From assembly GCF_006345805.1 (NCBI RefSeq), contig NC_043018.1, forward strand, positions 22,072,001 through 22,136,000: a stretch of DNA of 64,000 bases, in the 5' to 3' direction. Of this stretch, positions 40,398 through 53,724 are shown in pieces. The DNA comes from Octopus sinensis (taxonomy: Eukaryota). The translations under genes and the position numbers were made by a program. How positions within the stretch are numbered: the first letter of the stretch is position 1; the number at the start of each line of letters is the position of its first letter. The notes beneath the pieces are model-generated. The model saw only the letters and a list, made by a program, of their open reading frames with translations, had not been told where the DNA came from and made no database searches.

Positions 40398-40446
<49 letters not shown>

Positions 40447-40473
40447 GTGTGTGTGCATATGTGTGTGTGTGTA

Positions 40474-40505
<32 letters not shown>

Positions 40506-40649
40506 TTTCAATATACTATTGTCGATCTCAATATATCTTATAGAACTTCAAAATGTGAGTTAAAAATTGAAAAGACGTAAGTTTAACAATAGGTTTTTTT
40601 TTAGAAAACGCTTTTTCGAAATTGCTTGAAGATAAGACCAGGGCAACTC

Positions 40650-40666
40650 TGATGTTATTATTATTA

Positions 40667-40698
<32 letters not shown>

Positions 40699-40801
40699 GT
40701 TATCAGTCTTCTGATTATTATTATTATTATTATTATTATCATTCTTCTTCTTCTTCTTCTGATTATTATTATTATTATTATTATTGTTGTCGTTGTCGTT
40801 G

Positions 40802-40833
<32 letters not shown>

Positions 40834-40880
40834 GTTGTCGTCGTTGTCGTCGTTGTTGTCGTTGTTGTTGTTGTCGTCGT
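40650..40880. repeat. Compound trinucleotide array (ATT)/(CTT)/(GTC)/(GTT)
   Basis: Directly visible; source of the poly-N/D pseudo-ORF. Confidence 0.95.
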
Positions 40881-41019
40881 GTAGTGTACTTTTTAATATC
40901 GTTTCTACTATCAAATCCCAGTTTCGTTTCTCCACAATCCAAACAAATTGACAAAGTAAGGCGCGTGAAACACTGCGAATAATGGCGGTTCTTGTTTTAC
41001 CAGCATCCCTAATTTTCAA

Positions 41020-41290
41020 TGGGAAATCTCCTGGCTCAGTGGTTAGATTGCTGCTGCTGCTGCACTCGCGATTTTAATATCATGGGTTTGATTCCCTGGA
41101 CAATGCAGTTCGATATGTTTTTGAGCAAAGCACTTAATTTCACGCTGCTCCCCTCCACTCGACTGCAAATGACTTCTAACAACAGCAGGGAGGTTAACCC
41201 TGCGATGGACTGACGTCACGTTCAGTGGAGAATGTAATCTCCGTCAGCTACATGCTAGGGGAACCGGGCCCTGCTGCAGCTGTATGAGTT
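41020..41290 (+). mobile_element. Old tRNA-headed SINE remnant
   Basis: tggctcagtggttag A-box-like, gggtttgattccc B-box-like, ttgagcaaagcacttaa block also seen in the element at 46462. Confidence 0.55.
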
Positions 41291-41384
41291 CAAGAACTGG
41301 TCGCGGACATAAACCTATATCTAGTAACTATTAAAGTATCGTACACGTTTGTGTTCCCTATTATTGTTGATAGTTAAACAGAGA

Positions 41385-41790
41385 TGCAGGAGTGGCTGTG
41401 TGGTAAGAAGTTTCCTTCTCAATCACATGGTTCCGGGTTCAGTCCCACTGCGTGGCACCCTGGGCAGTTGTCTTTTACTAGTGCCTCGGGCCGACCAGAG
41501 CCTTGGGAGTGGATTTGGTAGTTGGAAACTGAAAGAAGCCCGCTGTATATATAAGTAAATATATACATCTATGTGTGCGCGTCTGTTTGTCTCCGCCCCA
41601 TCACAACTTGACAACCGGTGTTGGTGTGTTTACATTCCCGTAACCTAGCGGTTCAGCAAAAGAGAACAGATAGAATAAGCACCAGGCTTAAAACATAAGT
41701 ACTGGGATCGATCCATTTGGCTAAAAATTTAAGGCGGTGCCCCAGCGTGGCTGCAATCTAATGACTGAAACAGTTAAATGATAATAGAAT
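41385..41790 (+). mobile_element. SINE family B copy
   Basis: Head and tail match. Confidence 0.85.
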
Positions 41791-41806
41791 GACAGGCATC
41801 AGTGTA

Positions 41807-42759
41807 CACACACCGAGCTGGCAGAATCGTTAGCACGCCGGGCGAAATGCTTAGCGGTATTTCGTCTGCCGCTACGTTCTGAGTTCAAATTCCGCCGAGG
41901 TCGACTTTGCCCGTCATCCTTTCGGGATCGATTAAATAAGTACCAGTTACGCACTGGGGTCGATATAATCGACTTAATCCGTTTGTCTGTCCTTGTTTAT
42001 CCCCTCTATGTAGCCCCTTGTGGGTAGTAAAGAAATAGGTATTTCGTCTGTCGTTACGTTCTGAGTTCAAATTCCGCCGAGGTCGACTTTGCCTTTCATC
42101 CTTTCGGGGTCGATAAATTAAGTACCAGTTACGCACTGGGGTCGATATAATCGACTTAATCCGTTTGTCTGTCCTTGTTTGTCCCCTCTGTATGTAGCCC
42201 CTTGTGGGTAGTAAAGAAATAGGTATTTCGTCCATCTTTATGTTCTGAATTCAAATTCCGCCGAGATCGACTTTGCCTTTCATCCTTTCGGGGTCGATTA
42301 AAATATGTACCAGTTACGCACTGGGGTCGATGTAATCGACTTAATCCGTTTGTCTGTCTTTGTTTGTCCCCTCTGTATGCAGCCCCTTGTGGGTAGTAAA
42401 GAAATAGGTATTTCGTCCATCTTTACGTTCTGAGTTTAAATTCCGCCGAGGTCGACTTTGCCTTTCATTCTTTCAGGGTCGATTAAATAAGTACCAGTTA
42501 CACACTGAGGTCGATATAATCGACTTAATCCGTTTGTCTGTCCTTGTTTGTCCTCTCCGTGATTAACCCCTTGTGGGTAGTAAAGAAATAGGTATTTCGT
42601 CCATCTTTACGTTCTGAGTTCAAATTCCGCCGAGGTCGACTTTGCCTTTTATCCTTCGGGGTCGATGAAAAAAGTACCAGATGAGTTCTGGCGTCGATGT
42701 AATCGACTATCTCACCCCAACAAAATTTTAGGCCTTGTGCCTTTAATAGAAATCATCAT
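41807..42759 (+). mobile_element. SINE family A pentamer within a probable 10-bp TSD
   Basis: catcagtgta at 41797-41806 and 42760-42769; cores start at 41856, 42038, 42222, 42407 and 42591; last unit has the alternative tail plus (ATC)n. Confidence 0.9.
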
Positions 42760-43235
42760 CATCAGTGTATAAATCTGAACATACATGATACATTGAAGAA
42801 AATACCCGAATGCAATCAGTTTCATATCCTGTTTGTCCCCTCTGTGTGTAGCCCCTTGTGGGCAGTAAAAAATAAGATACAGGCACTATGAATCAGAAAC
42901 GGTACACACGCGCGCACGCATGCGCTTCCTCACTTCCTCTCTCACAAAACTCTTCACAGATGTAGACACGCTGTAGCATAAAAAAAAAGATATATTGGAA
43001 GAAAGTCGTAATTCATAATTCACCAATATTTCTATATTGGATCAAAGACTGACATGATTAAAGACTTACTATGACAAACATCATAAAGGACAAACGCCAC
43101 AAATATATAGAGACTGTATATAACTTATAAATTATCTTTTTCGGCGCTCTTTAAGTATTTTCGGTTCCTACGTTCGCTAACGCTTTGATTGCGTAATTAA
43201 ATTTCATGGTTATTCCCGTAAAAATTGGTTCATAT

Positions 43236-43865
43236 TTGGCACAAGGCGTGAACTTTTGTGGGGAGGGGGCAAGTTGATTACATCAGCCTCAGTGCTAAAT
43301 TGGTACCTATTTTATCGATCCAGAAAAGATAAAGTCGACCTCGGCCTCGAGGCTACAGTAGAAGACACCGGCCCAAGGTGTCATGCAGTGGGACTGAACC
43401 CGGAACCATGTCATTAGGAAGCAAGCTTCTTTTCTACTCTCGGCACAAGGCCTGAAATTTTTGGGGAGGGAGCCAGTCGGTTAGATCGACCCCAGTATTC
43501 AACTGCTACTTAATTTATCGACCCCGAAAAGATGAAAGGCAAAGTCGACCTCGGCCTCGAGGTTACTGCAGAAGACACCTGCCCAAGGTGTCATGCAGTG
43601 GGACTGAACCCGGAACCATGTGATTGGGAAGCAAGCTTCTTTTCTACTCTGGGCACAAGGCCCGAAATTTTTGGGGAGGGAGCCAGTCGGTTAGATTGAC
43701 CCCGACCCCAGTATGCAACTAGTACTTAATTTATCGACCCCAAAAGGATGAAAGGCAAAGTCGACCTCGGCCTCGAGGCTACAGTAGAAGACACCTGCCC
43801 CAGGTGTCATGCAGTGGGACTGAACCCAGAATCGTGTGATTGGGAAGCAAGCTTCTTACCTTACA
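43236..43865 (-). mobile_element. Trimer of a chimeric SINE (family B head, family A body)
   Basis: Junction gtcgacctcggcctcgagg repeated at ~43344, 43554 and 43770 (period 210-216 bp). Confidence 0.88.
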
Positions 43866-45406
43866 GACACACCTTTGCCTATCCGTGACTTTCATTACGT
43901 TTCTTTGGGAAAATTCTTCGCTCTTTGCTATCGAAATTTCCATAAAGCATGTTACCCTTCTTCTAATTGACATCAGCTCCGCAGTTTCTTCACTATTTTG
44001 CTCATTTGCATGTAAAAACTTGTTGAATGGCGAGAAGGGATTCTTTTATGTTTCAACTGAAAGGCAGTGGCCATTCTGGGGCACTGTTGATGTTTTTATT
44101 TTTAGGGTAGGGTCATGTGCCTGAGAAGTTCGCCTTGCAATCCCGGTGTTATGGTTTCAGTCCTACTGCGCAGTATCTTGGACGAGTGTCCTCTATAGCC
44201 CTGCGACGGCCAATGCCTTGTGAGAGAATAGGCTGGTAGAAAGAAACTGTGAGGAAGCCCGTTACATGTTTGAGTGTGTATGCGTATTCATGTGTGTATA
44301 CGCACTCACACACGCATACACATACGGATGTTCCTCTGTGTTTTCAAGCCACCGCTTGACAACAACCATTGTTGGTTTGTTTATGTCCCGTAGCATAGCT
44401 ATTTGTTAAAAGGTTCCGACAGATTAAGCATCGGACTTAGAAACGTAAGTACGGGGTTTGATTTGTTCGACTGATTCCTTCAAGTGCCTCAGCATGGCCA
44501 CATTCCAATACTCAAACAAGAGAGTGGTTGTAATGGTGGTGATGATGATGATGATGATGATGATAATAATAATAATAATAGTAGTAGTAGTAGTAGTAGT
44601 AGTAAAGCAGTGGAATAGAGAAATAGGATAACTGTAAGACTCAGGATAACTGTAAGACTCATTTCAATTCCTCTCTTTACATTTGACTACTACTAATAAT
44701 GATGATGAAAGAAGTGAAATATAAGCAGTGCGTGTATTGAGATAATGGTCCATCCAAGATATTAAAAATTTCCTGTGACATTATTTCGAAGATGCAGGCA
44801 TAGCCTTGTGGTGAAAAACTTGGCTTCTCAATCCCACGTGTTCTTGTTCACTGCCTCTGTGCGGCATCTCTGGTGAATGTCTTCTACTATAACTCCAGGT
44901 CAGAATCACCTTTAGATTTAAAAAAAAAAAGTTTTATTTTATTATATCGATCTGGGTGCCGGGGGTCAGATTGTCAAGTGTTGGAGTTGATTAAATGGAC
45001 TGTCTTCCCTTTTCTCGAATATTTCGGGTATTAATGCCATTTATGTTCTAAGACAGCATCACGATTGCATTCCATCTTTCAATATCTTGTGTTTCTGTTA
45101 GAATTAAAAACTGAAACATTGGAACAAGCCGTCATCACTAAGCGGGTGATGACAAGACAAGTTAAGATGATTAATTCAAGAATAGAGCTTACAACCAGAA
45201 TCTCGTTGCTTGGAAGCCAAAAAAACAAAAAAAAAAAAACAAAAAAAAACAAAAACAAACAAAACAAAATAAAAGTAAAAAGTTTCGCATAATTTTCTTG
45301 TATATTATCTCTTTTCTATTCTGAATATTACTACTTCCTAATTACATTCTGGTGCTGTTGTTGTTGTTGTTGTTGCTGCTGTTGTTGTTTCAGCTTGCAT
45401 ACGTTT

Positions 45407-45447
<41 letters not shown>

Positions 45448-45524
45448 GATTAATTAGATTAATTACTTGATGGGGTGTAGATATGTGGATGTGCCAAAGT
45501 ACTTTTACGCTTTCCAAGTGCCGC

Positions 45525-45742
45525 CTCTCTCTCTCTCTCTCCTCTCTCTCTCTCCCCTTCTCTCTCTCTCTCCTCCCCTTCTCTCTCTCTCCCCTTCTCT
45601 CTCTCTCTCTCCCCTTCTCTCTCTCTCCCCTTCTCTCTCTCTCCCCTTCTCTCTCTCCCCTTCTCTCTCTCTCTCTCCCCTTCTCTCTCTCTCCCCTTCT
45701 CTCTCTCTCTCCTTCTCTCCTTCTCTCTCCTTCTCTCCTTCT

Positions 45743-45776
<34 letters not shown>

Positions 45777-45848
45777 CTTCTCTCTCTCCTTCTCTCTCCT
45801 TCTCTCTCTCCTTCTCTCTCTCCTTCTCTCTCCTATCTCTGTGGCACT

Positions 45849-45879
<31 letters not shown>

Positions 45880-46290
45880 AGAGAAAGACTCGCACTCTGA
45901 CGAAGTGAGGTATAGACACACAACGCATACACACACATACACACAAACATACAGACATACAACCCACACGAACACAGCACAACACATACAGACACGCGCA
46001 CACACATAAATATACGCTGGCACACGCATGCGCACTTTCACACAAATGCACGCACGCACGCACACGCGCTCACACGTGCACTCGCTCAAACACACACAAT
46101 TACGCATTCTCAGGCGCCTACATAGATGCATATTCATATACGCACACGCACTGACATGCACGCACTGACTGACGTGCACGCACATGCATTCACACACGTG
46201 CTGAAACGCAAGCACATGCGCTCACACAAGCGAGCATGTGCACTCATGCATGTACGCACGCACATGCACTCACACATAACATTCACCCAC
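45525..46290. repeat. (CT)n polypyrimidine tract followed by a degenerate (CA/GC) alternating tract
   Basis: CT-rich at 45525-45840; CA-rich at 45850-46290. Confidence 0.95.
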
Positions 46291-46461
46291 AGGAAAAAAA
46301 AAGAAGGAAACAGAAGCAATTTGATCCACAGAACTGTAAAAGGAAATATTGAACAGTTCTTGTATGGTAAATCTATAAACTACTCCAATTGCAAGAATCG
46401 GAAAAACAGGATCTCCTTCGCAGAGAAGTAGGTCGCCACACATGCATTATTATTGCGAAGA

Positions 46462-46790
46462 GTGAGGGCGCGTGGCTTAGTGGTTAGGGCATTCGGCTCA
46501 TGATCGTAAGGTTGTGAGTTCGATTCCCGGCGACGCGTTGTGTCCTTGAGCAAGACACTTTATTTCACGTTGCTCCAGTCCACTCAGCTGGCAAAAATGA
46601 GTTGTACTTGTATTTCAAAGGGTCAGCCTTGTCACTCTCTGTGTCACGCTGATTATCCCCGAGAACTACGTTAAGGGTACACGTGTCTGTGGAATGCTCA
46701 GCCATTTGCACGTTAATTTCACGAGCAAGCTGTTCCGTTGATCGGATCAGCTGGGACCCTCGTCGTCGTAACCGGCGGAGTCTTTTTTTA
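46462..46790 (+). mobile_element. SINE with head D and family C tail x, 13-bp TSD
   Basis: TSD attattgcgaaga at 46449-46461 and 46791-46803; head gcgtggcttagtggttaggg...gagttcgattccc; tail ends cgtcgtaaccggcggagt. Confidence 0.9.
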
Positions 46791-47504
46791 ATTATTGCGA
46801 AGAATACTAAGTTTTAGATTTTGTTAGCATATGACATAAGTGAAAGTCATTGGAAAAATCAAGGTTTTGGTTTCGATTCTCCTTCCCTCCCCACCAGCAT
46901 TAAGTTTAGCCGAGAAATGAATATACGCCACTGCTTCCTCTTCATTTCCTTTAAAATTTCGTCGCAGAAATACGTAAATTATTCCTGTACTTGAAATTCA
47001 TAAGATAGTTGTTTTTTTTTTTAATTCGGTTTGTAAGATTCTTAATGTAAACTTACATGTATTGAAACAGAATGTGTTGTTTCGGGAGGGTCATTATGTC
47101 AATCATAAGCACATGCACTGGTTGAATTTCACTTCTTTTATTCTCGTCAGTCAACTAGTTAACCATTTAACCAATTAGTTGCTTGATTAGTCGTTCGGCC
47201 AATCAACCAATCGATTGCTTAAATAGTTAACCGGTTGACTACTACTAATAATGATGGTGAAAGAAGTGAAATATAAACAGTGCGTGTGTTAAGATATTGT
47301 CCCATCCAAGATATTAAAAATTTCATATGACATTATTTCGAAGATGCAGACATAGCCATGTGGTGAAGAACTTGGCTTCTCAATCCCACGTTTTCTAGTA
47401 CACTGCCTCTGTGCGGCATCTCTGGTGAATGTCTTCTACTATAACTCCAGGTCAGCTAAAGACTTGTGAGCGAATTTGGTTGACCGGAACTAAAAGACGC
47501 CCAT

Positions 47505-47589
47505 TTTTATGTATGTATGTATGTATGTATGTATGTATGTATGTATGTATGTATGTATGTATGTATGTATGTATGTGTATGTGTGTGTG

Positions 47590-47654
<65 letters not shown>

Positions 47655-47951
47655 AAATGTATGTATGTATCTATCTATCTATCTATCTATAAATGTATGT
47701 ATGTATCTATCTATCTATCTATCTATAAATGTATGTATGTATGTATCTATCTATCTATCTATAAATGTATGTATGTATCTATCTATCTATCTATCTATAA
47801 ATGTATGTATGTATCTATCTATCTATCTATCTATAAATGTATGTATGTATGTATGTATCTATCTATCTATAAATGTATGTATGTATGTATCTATCTATCT
47901 ATCTATCTATAAATGTATGTATGTATCTATCTATCTATCTATAAATGTATG

Positions 47952-47982
<31 letters not shown>

Positions 47983-48200
47983 AAATGTATGTATGTATCT
48001 ATCTATCTATCTATCTATCTATAAATGTATGTATGTATCTATCTATCTATCTATGTATGTATAAATGTATGTATGTATGTATCTATCTATCTATGTATGT
48101 ATAAATGTATGAATGTATCTATGTATCTATCTATCTATAACTATCTATATGTATGTGTGTATCTATGTATGTATGTATGTATGTATGTATCTATCTATCT
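47505..48200. repeat. (ATGT)n/(ATCT)n array with 36-40-bp higher-order unit
   Basis: Marker ataaatg recurs from 47653 to 48101. Confidence 0.95.
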
Positions 48201-48752
48201 ATCCGTATGTGCATGCATATGCATATACATACACACGCACTGCATTAACTCTGGTGCGTTGACGAACAGAAGGTAAACTTGTCAAATATATATTTTATTT
48301 TAAGAACAGACATTCATAAAATTAGCAATCCGGAAAATTTGCTTTCTCTCTTTTCAACAAAATTGTTTCTTAAAAATAGATTAACAATAAATGTGAAGGT
48401 CAAGTCAGACTGAACAACAAAAAGAATGTTGATGAATGCCAAGAGAAAAGTAAACCGAAAATTCAAAGAATATTTGCATGTTTTCAAAACTCAGCCGTAA
48501 CAGAAGAATCTGAAAGAACTGCATTGGTACCAGCAACCGTGTTAGATTTTTTTCTATCATGGTAAACTACTTTCTTTGGTTGATAGCGTAAGCTCGTGAA
48601 GATTTGAGAAATCTCTGTGATTCCATTCTAATCCTAGAAGGAAGCTTTCAGCTCCGATTTGTCGATACTATTAACTGCGGTTCGTTTGGCTTATGAAATA
48701 ACTAGAACCAAACAACTTTTAGAGGCGTTAACAAGATATTTTAGACATTACA

Positions 48753-49352
48753 GGCGTAGGAGTGGCTGTGTGGTAAGTAGCTTGTTTACCAACCACATGG
48801 TTCCGGGTTCAGTCCCACTGCGTGGCACCTTGGGCAAGTGTCTTCTACTATAGCCTCGGGCCGACCAATGCCTTGTGAGTGGATTTGTAGACGGAAACTG
48901 AAAGAAGCCCGTCGTATATATGTATATATATATATATAAGTATGAGTGGCTGTGTGGTAAGTAGCTTGTTTACCAACCACATGGTTCCGGGGTTCAGTCC
49001 CACTGCGTGGCACCTTGGGCAAGTGTCTTCTACTATAGCCTCGGGCCGACCAAAGCCTTGTGAGTGGATTTGGTAGACGGAAACTGAAAGAAGCCCGTCG
49101 TATATATATGTATATATATATGCGTGTGTGTGTGTTTGTGTGTCTGTGTTTGTCTCCCTAGCATTGCTTGACAACCGGTGCTGGTGTGTTTATGTCCCCG
49201 TTGCTTAGCGGTTCGGCAAAAGAGACCGATAGAATAAGTGCTGGGCTTACAAAAGAATAAGTCCCGGGGTCGAGTTGCTCGAATAAACAAAAGGCGGTGC
49301 TCCAGCATGGCCGCAGTCAAATGACTGAAACAAGTAAAAGAGTAAAAGAGTA
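48753..49352 (+). mobile_element. SINE family B with duplicated head
   Basis: Heads at 48753 and 48944, single tail. Confidence 0.9.
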
Positions 49353-49689
49353 TTACCTGTCGATAACTTCTCTGAGTAGCTTTCAAAATTAAACAAGGTT
49401 AAACTATTTTTTCGTTATGATGTAAGATTTTTTTACATTTTGTTTTAGATTCTATTTTGGCAAGCGCAGCGAAAATTCTTTATATTTACTCCAGAAGCCT
49501 CTCCAGTTGCCAGTAATAATGAACATCTCTGATTCTTCTGATCATTTCCGCTCTTCAACATATTTGCAGTTTTGCAGCTTCCATTTTATTTTGCTGCCTT
49601 TGTTTTGGTCTTGGAGTTCTTCCTTCACGTTTTATTCTTTCGAAAGTTGCCAACGTTCATCTCTTATAATATCTCTATGAAAAACATAA

Positions 49690-50083
49690 GTGGCTGTGTG
49701 GTAAGTAGCTTGTTTACCAACCACATGGTTCCGGGTTCAGTCCCACTGCGTGGCACCTTGGGAAAGTGTCTTCCACTATAGCCTCGGGCCGACCAAAGCC
49801 TTGTGTGTGGATTTGGTAGACGGAAACTGAAAGAAGCCCGTCGTATATATGTATACATATATATGCGTGTGTCTGTGTTTGTCCCCCTATAGCATTGCTT
49901 GACAACCGATGCTGGTGTGTTTATGTCCCCGTTACTTAGCGGTTCGGCAAAAGAGACCGATAGAATAAGTACTGGGCTTACAAAAGAATAAGTCCCGGGG
50001 TCGAGTTGCTCGATTAAAAAAAGGCGGTGCTCCAGCATGGCCGCAGTCAAATGACTGAAACAAGTAAAAGAATAAAAGAGTAA
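49690..50083 (+). mobile_element. SINE family B copy
   Basis: Shares the gtttaccaacc variant with the heads at 48753 and 48944. Confidence 0.9.
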
Positions 50084-51815
50084 ATGAGTATTCAATACAC
50101 GAAGTATAATATATAACCTGAAAAATACCACTGAATACTTAAATAATTAAGGGCAACCCTAAAAAAAAAAACTAAAATTGCACCCTAGTTGTATTTCCTT
50201 CTATTTATTCGCTCTCTTCCTTATTTTCGGGTTCCTCGCCGTTGTTTCGATTACATCGTCTCTCTAACTCTGATGCCTCACCAACACGTGTTTCATACAG
50301 AGATCAGATATATTTGGCACAGCCGTTTTGGCGCCGCCTATTGGGCGTCGCTGATTCGAGGTAGACATATTTGACTGCGGACGTCTTAATGCTTCTGTTG
50401 TTCTCTCCACTATCTTTCTCTGCGTTTCTGCGAATAGATCTCTCTTCGTGTGTATGAAAAGGGAGACAGTATTTATTCAATCATGTTCGATTAATAAATT
50501 ATGTCTCTCTCCTCTATCTGTATGTGTATATTTCTAGGCGCGCGTGCGTGCATATGTGTGAGTGTGTAAGTATGTTTGCCTCCAGTGCCAAAAAATACTG
50601 TTGCCAAAACAGCTGCAGAGATCAATCAGCTGTGCCTAACCGCCAGCGTCCAAACAGCTGCGCCCAATTGTTACATTCCCGTTGCACATTGTGATTCCTT
50701 TTGCCTTATGTTCCACTTCTCTCTGTCTCTCTCATCCCATTTTATCCATTCTGTATCTTCAGGACGTGTTTCCGATAAAGATTTTTCTCCAGAATATTAA
50801 ATGTTTTTCCTCTCCTCCTCATTGGAAACCAATACATTCCAATATCGAATCGCTTGTGGTTACTACAATCATTATTGTGAATGATGTGTCCAAAGAAACT
50901 AAAATTAGAAATCGCTAATCAGATAATTTACTCAATTGCATCCAGGACATCAGAGACGCAATATTATCCTCCGCTCTTCTGACAAACCCAACCAAAACTT
51001 GTTTTACAAAAATCGGGGATTATTTATTATTCATAACATCTCCAATAAGTGTGGTCAGGCATAATTAAGTGGCTGAGACGTTAGCTTTGCACCCATGCAG
51101 TTTTGAGTTCAATTTCATTGCGAAGCACCTGGACCAGCTGTCGTTATACTATGGCCGTAGTCCGATTAATTCCTTGTGAGTAAATTTGGTTGACGGAAAC
51201 TGTGTGGAAACTCGTTTTCAATCAATGTGTGTGTATGTGTGCGTGTGTCTGTGTGTATGTGTGTGACGAGTCCTTATTAGAGTTTCTCTCAAGTAAATAA
51301 TATTCTGTGTTCTAACACAACGTCCACTTTGAGCGAGGATGAATATTACCTTTTGGTATTCATACAGCTTCTGTCGCTATTATATGCATGTGTGTGTGTG
51401 TGTGTGTGTATGTGTGACTTTGTGTTCGTCTCCACACCACTTAACAACCGGTGTCGGTTTGCTTACGTCCCCGTAACGTAGCGGCTTGGCGAAAGAGGGT
51501 AATAACCACGATGCTAAATAACAAACTGGGATCGATTTGTTCGACTAAACGCTTCAGGGCGGTGCCTCATCACAGCCACTGTCCAATGAATGAAACGAGT
51601 GAAAGAGTTAAGAGCTGTAACTGTGTAACCAGTTCAAGCCCTGCCGTCGGTCAGCTTCAACTTTCATCTTTCTAGAAACGATGAAATAAAGTACCAGTCG
51701 TATATATAGTGTTTTATAACAATGTAACCCTGAAAATTCGGGAAATGGTTGCGCGAATACTTGTCAAACAGGAAAACACCAAATAAATAAATAGAGTGCC
51801 TTTTTCTCACGAGAA

Positions 51816-51957
51816 ATTTTTATACATATTTTCGTTTAATATAAATACAAAATGTATAATAATTGTTAGTCGCTCACACAACATTTTTATACTTATTTTC
51901 GTTTAATATAAATATAAAATCTATAATAATTGTTAGTCGCTCACACAAAATTTATAA
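51816..51957. repeat. 67-bp tandem duplication
   Basis: ttttcgtttaatataaat...taattgttagtcgctcacacaa occurs twice. Confidence 0.9.
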
Positions 51958-52269
51958 TTTCATTATGGAAAAGTGCCATAAAATATTCTTTTTCCTTTGC
52001 ATCCATCGAGCGCATAAATTCATTTGAGATTTCCGCATTGTACGAACGTACATCAATTGATGATGTCCTCTGTTCTCTAATTAAACATCAGTTGTTGATG
52101 TCTGCCGTTAACAAAAACCAGGCCACTCCCAGGCAATGTACTTTTCCAGCTCTTTAAGATCCGAGTTCAAATCCTGCTTTAATTTACATCCTCCTGGAAT
52201 CGATAAAATACAGAACCAGTTATGAACTTGGGTTAATTTAATATCCCTATAAAGCATCATATATTTAAA

Positions 52270-52960
52270 TAGAATCATAATCCAGTCGGTACAAGGCCTG
52301 AAACTTTTAAACGAAGCTAATTGATTTCACGACGCCAATGCTCAACTAATATTTATTTTATCGGCCCCCAAGGCTCAACTGGTACTTATTTTATCAATCC
52401 CGAAAAGATGAAAGGCAAAGTCAACTTCGGTGGCATTTGAACTCAGGGCGTAAAGACGGACGATATACTCCCAGGCGTCTTGTTCGGAGTGCTAACGATT
52501 CTGTTAGCTCGCCACCTAAATAATAATAATATTTTCTACTATGGGCACAAGGCTTCAAATTCCAGGGGTAGAGGGTTGTCGATTACATCGACCCCAGTAC
52601 TCAACTGGTGCTTCTTTTATCGGTCCCGGAGGATGAATGATAAAGTCGCTCTCGACAGAATTTGAGCTCAGGGCGTAGAGACGGATGAAATGCCGTTTAA
52701 GCCTTTTTGCGGCGCGGTAACGATCTTGCTAGCTCGTCTTAACAACAACAACAACAACAATCCTACCACTGTAGGCACAAGGCCTGAAATTTGAGGGGAG
52801 GGGATTAATCGATTACATCGACCCTAACGCATAGCTGGTACTTATTTTATCGACTTCGGAAAGATAAAAGGCCAAGTCGACCTTGGCGGAATTTGAACTC
52901 TAAACATAAAGACTTACGAAATACCGCTAAACATTTAATGTGCTAACGATTCTGCGAGCT
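52270..52960 (-). mobile_element. Cluster of degenerate SINE family A copies
   Basis: Three diverged cores with the alternative tail (gcacaaggc). Confidence 0.75.
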
Positions 52961-53724
52961 TGTTATCTTTTTAAATGGAATTACAACAGAAGAGAAAGAC
53001 TACATCATTCGCATTTGGTTAATTAGAGAGACAGAAAGCTACAATACGTTTGGTACCTGACATAATGAGAAATATTCTTTAGAGCAAAACTTATTTCAAA
53101 TTGAAAACGATCTATTTTTCTTGTTGCTTAAATTGTCATAACGGAGATAATTGAAAAGTTGTGTTATTGCTTAATCCAAGTACATATTCTTCCTCGAGTG
53201 CACCAAAAGCAGTAATATACGAACTATATTTTATTGAAGAACAGACAACACACGCACAAAATAAAATTAAAAAAAAATCGTGTTAACAGAAATTACAGGA
53301 TTAAAATAATTGTGCTTTTCTGTTGAAATGTTAGAGTATCAAAAAATGCAAACGGTTCTCGTTGATGTTAACAAAATTATACAAATCTATTTTTTTTTTT
53401 GTTTTGCTTTTTAGCTACAATTTTCTGTCAGGAAGTTTTACGTATTTTAAAACTTCGAAAAATTTTCAGATTGGAGATGATGTATTTAGATAAATGACGC
53501 AGTTGTTAAAAATTTGGATGGAATCATAGACAAATTCTAGATGTCTTATAAGATAGATGAGATCAATTTGTCTAAATCTATGTTATTCCATCATTCCTTA
53601 GATATATATTTAAAAAAAAGTATAAATTACATCATGTATATAAATGAATCAACTGTCCAACTCACCTCATAGAACTAACTATCTAGTCCTAATTATAATT
53701 TGTTATTTAACACTAGTTTAATGG

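Noticed and set aside
40528-41019. Poly-N/D ORF
   Set aside because: Compound trinucleotide repeat; the unique part resembles nothing I recognise.
45459-46215. RE-rich and SL-rich ORFs
   Set aside because: (CT)n/(CA)n repeats.
48495-48561. Candidate tincar exon 2 (phase 1, ...ATVLDFFLSW)
   Set aside because: Weak polypyrimidine tract and only a superficial LDF match without the expected Trp; not supportable without cDNA.
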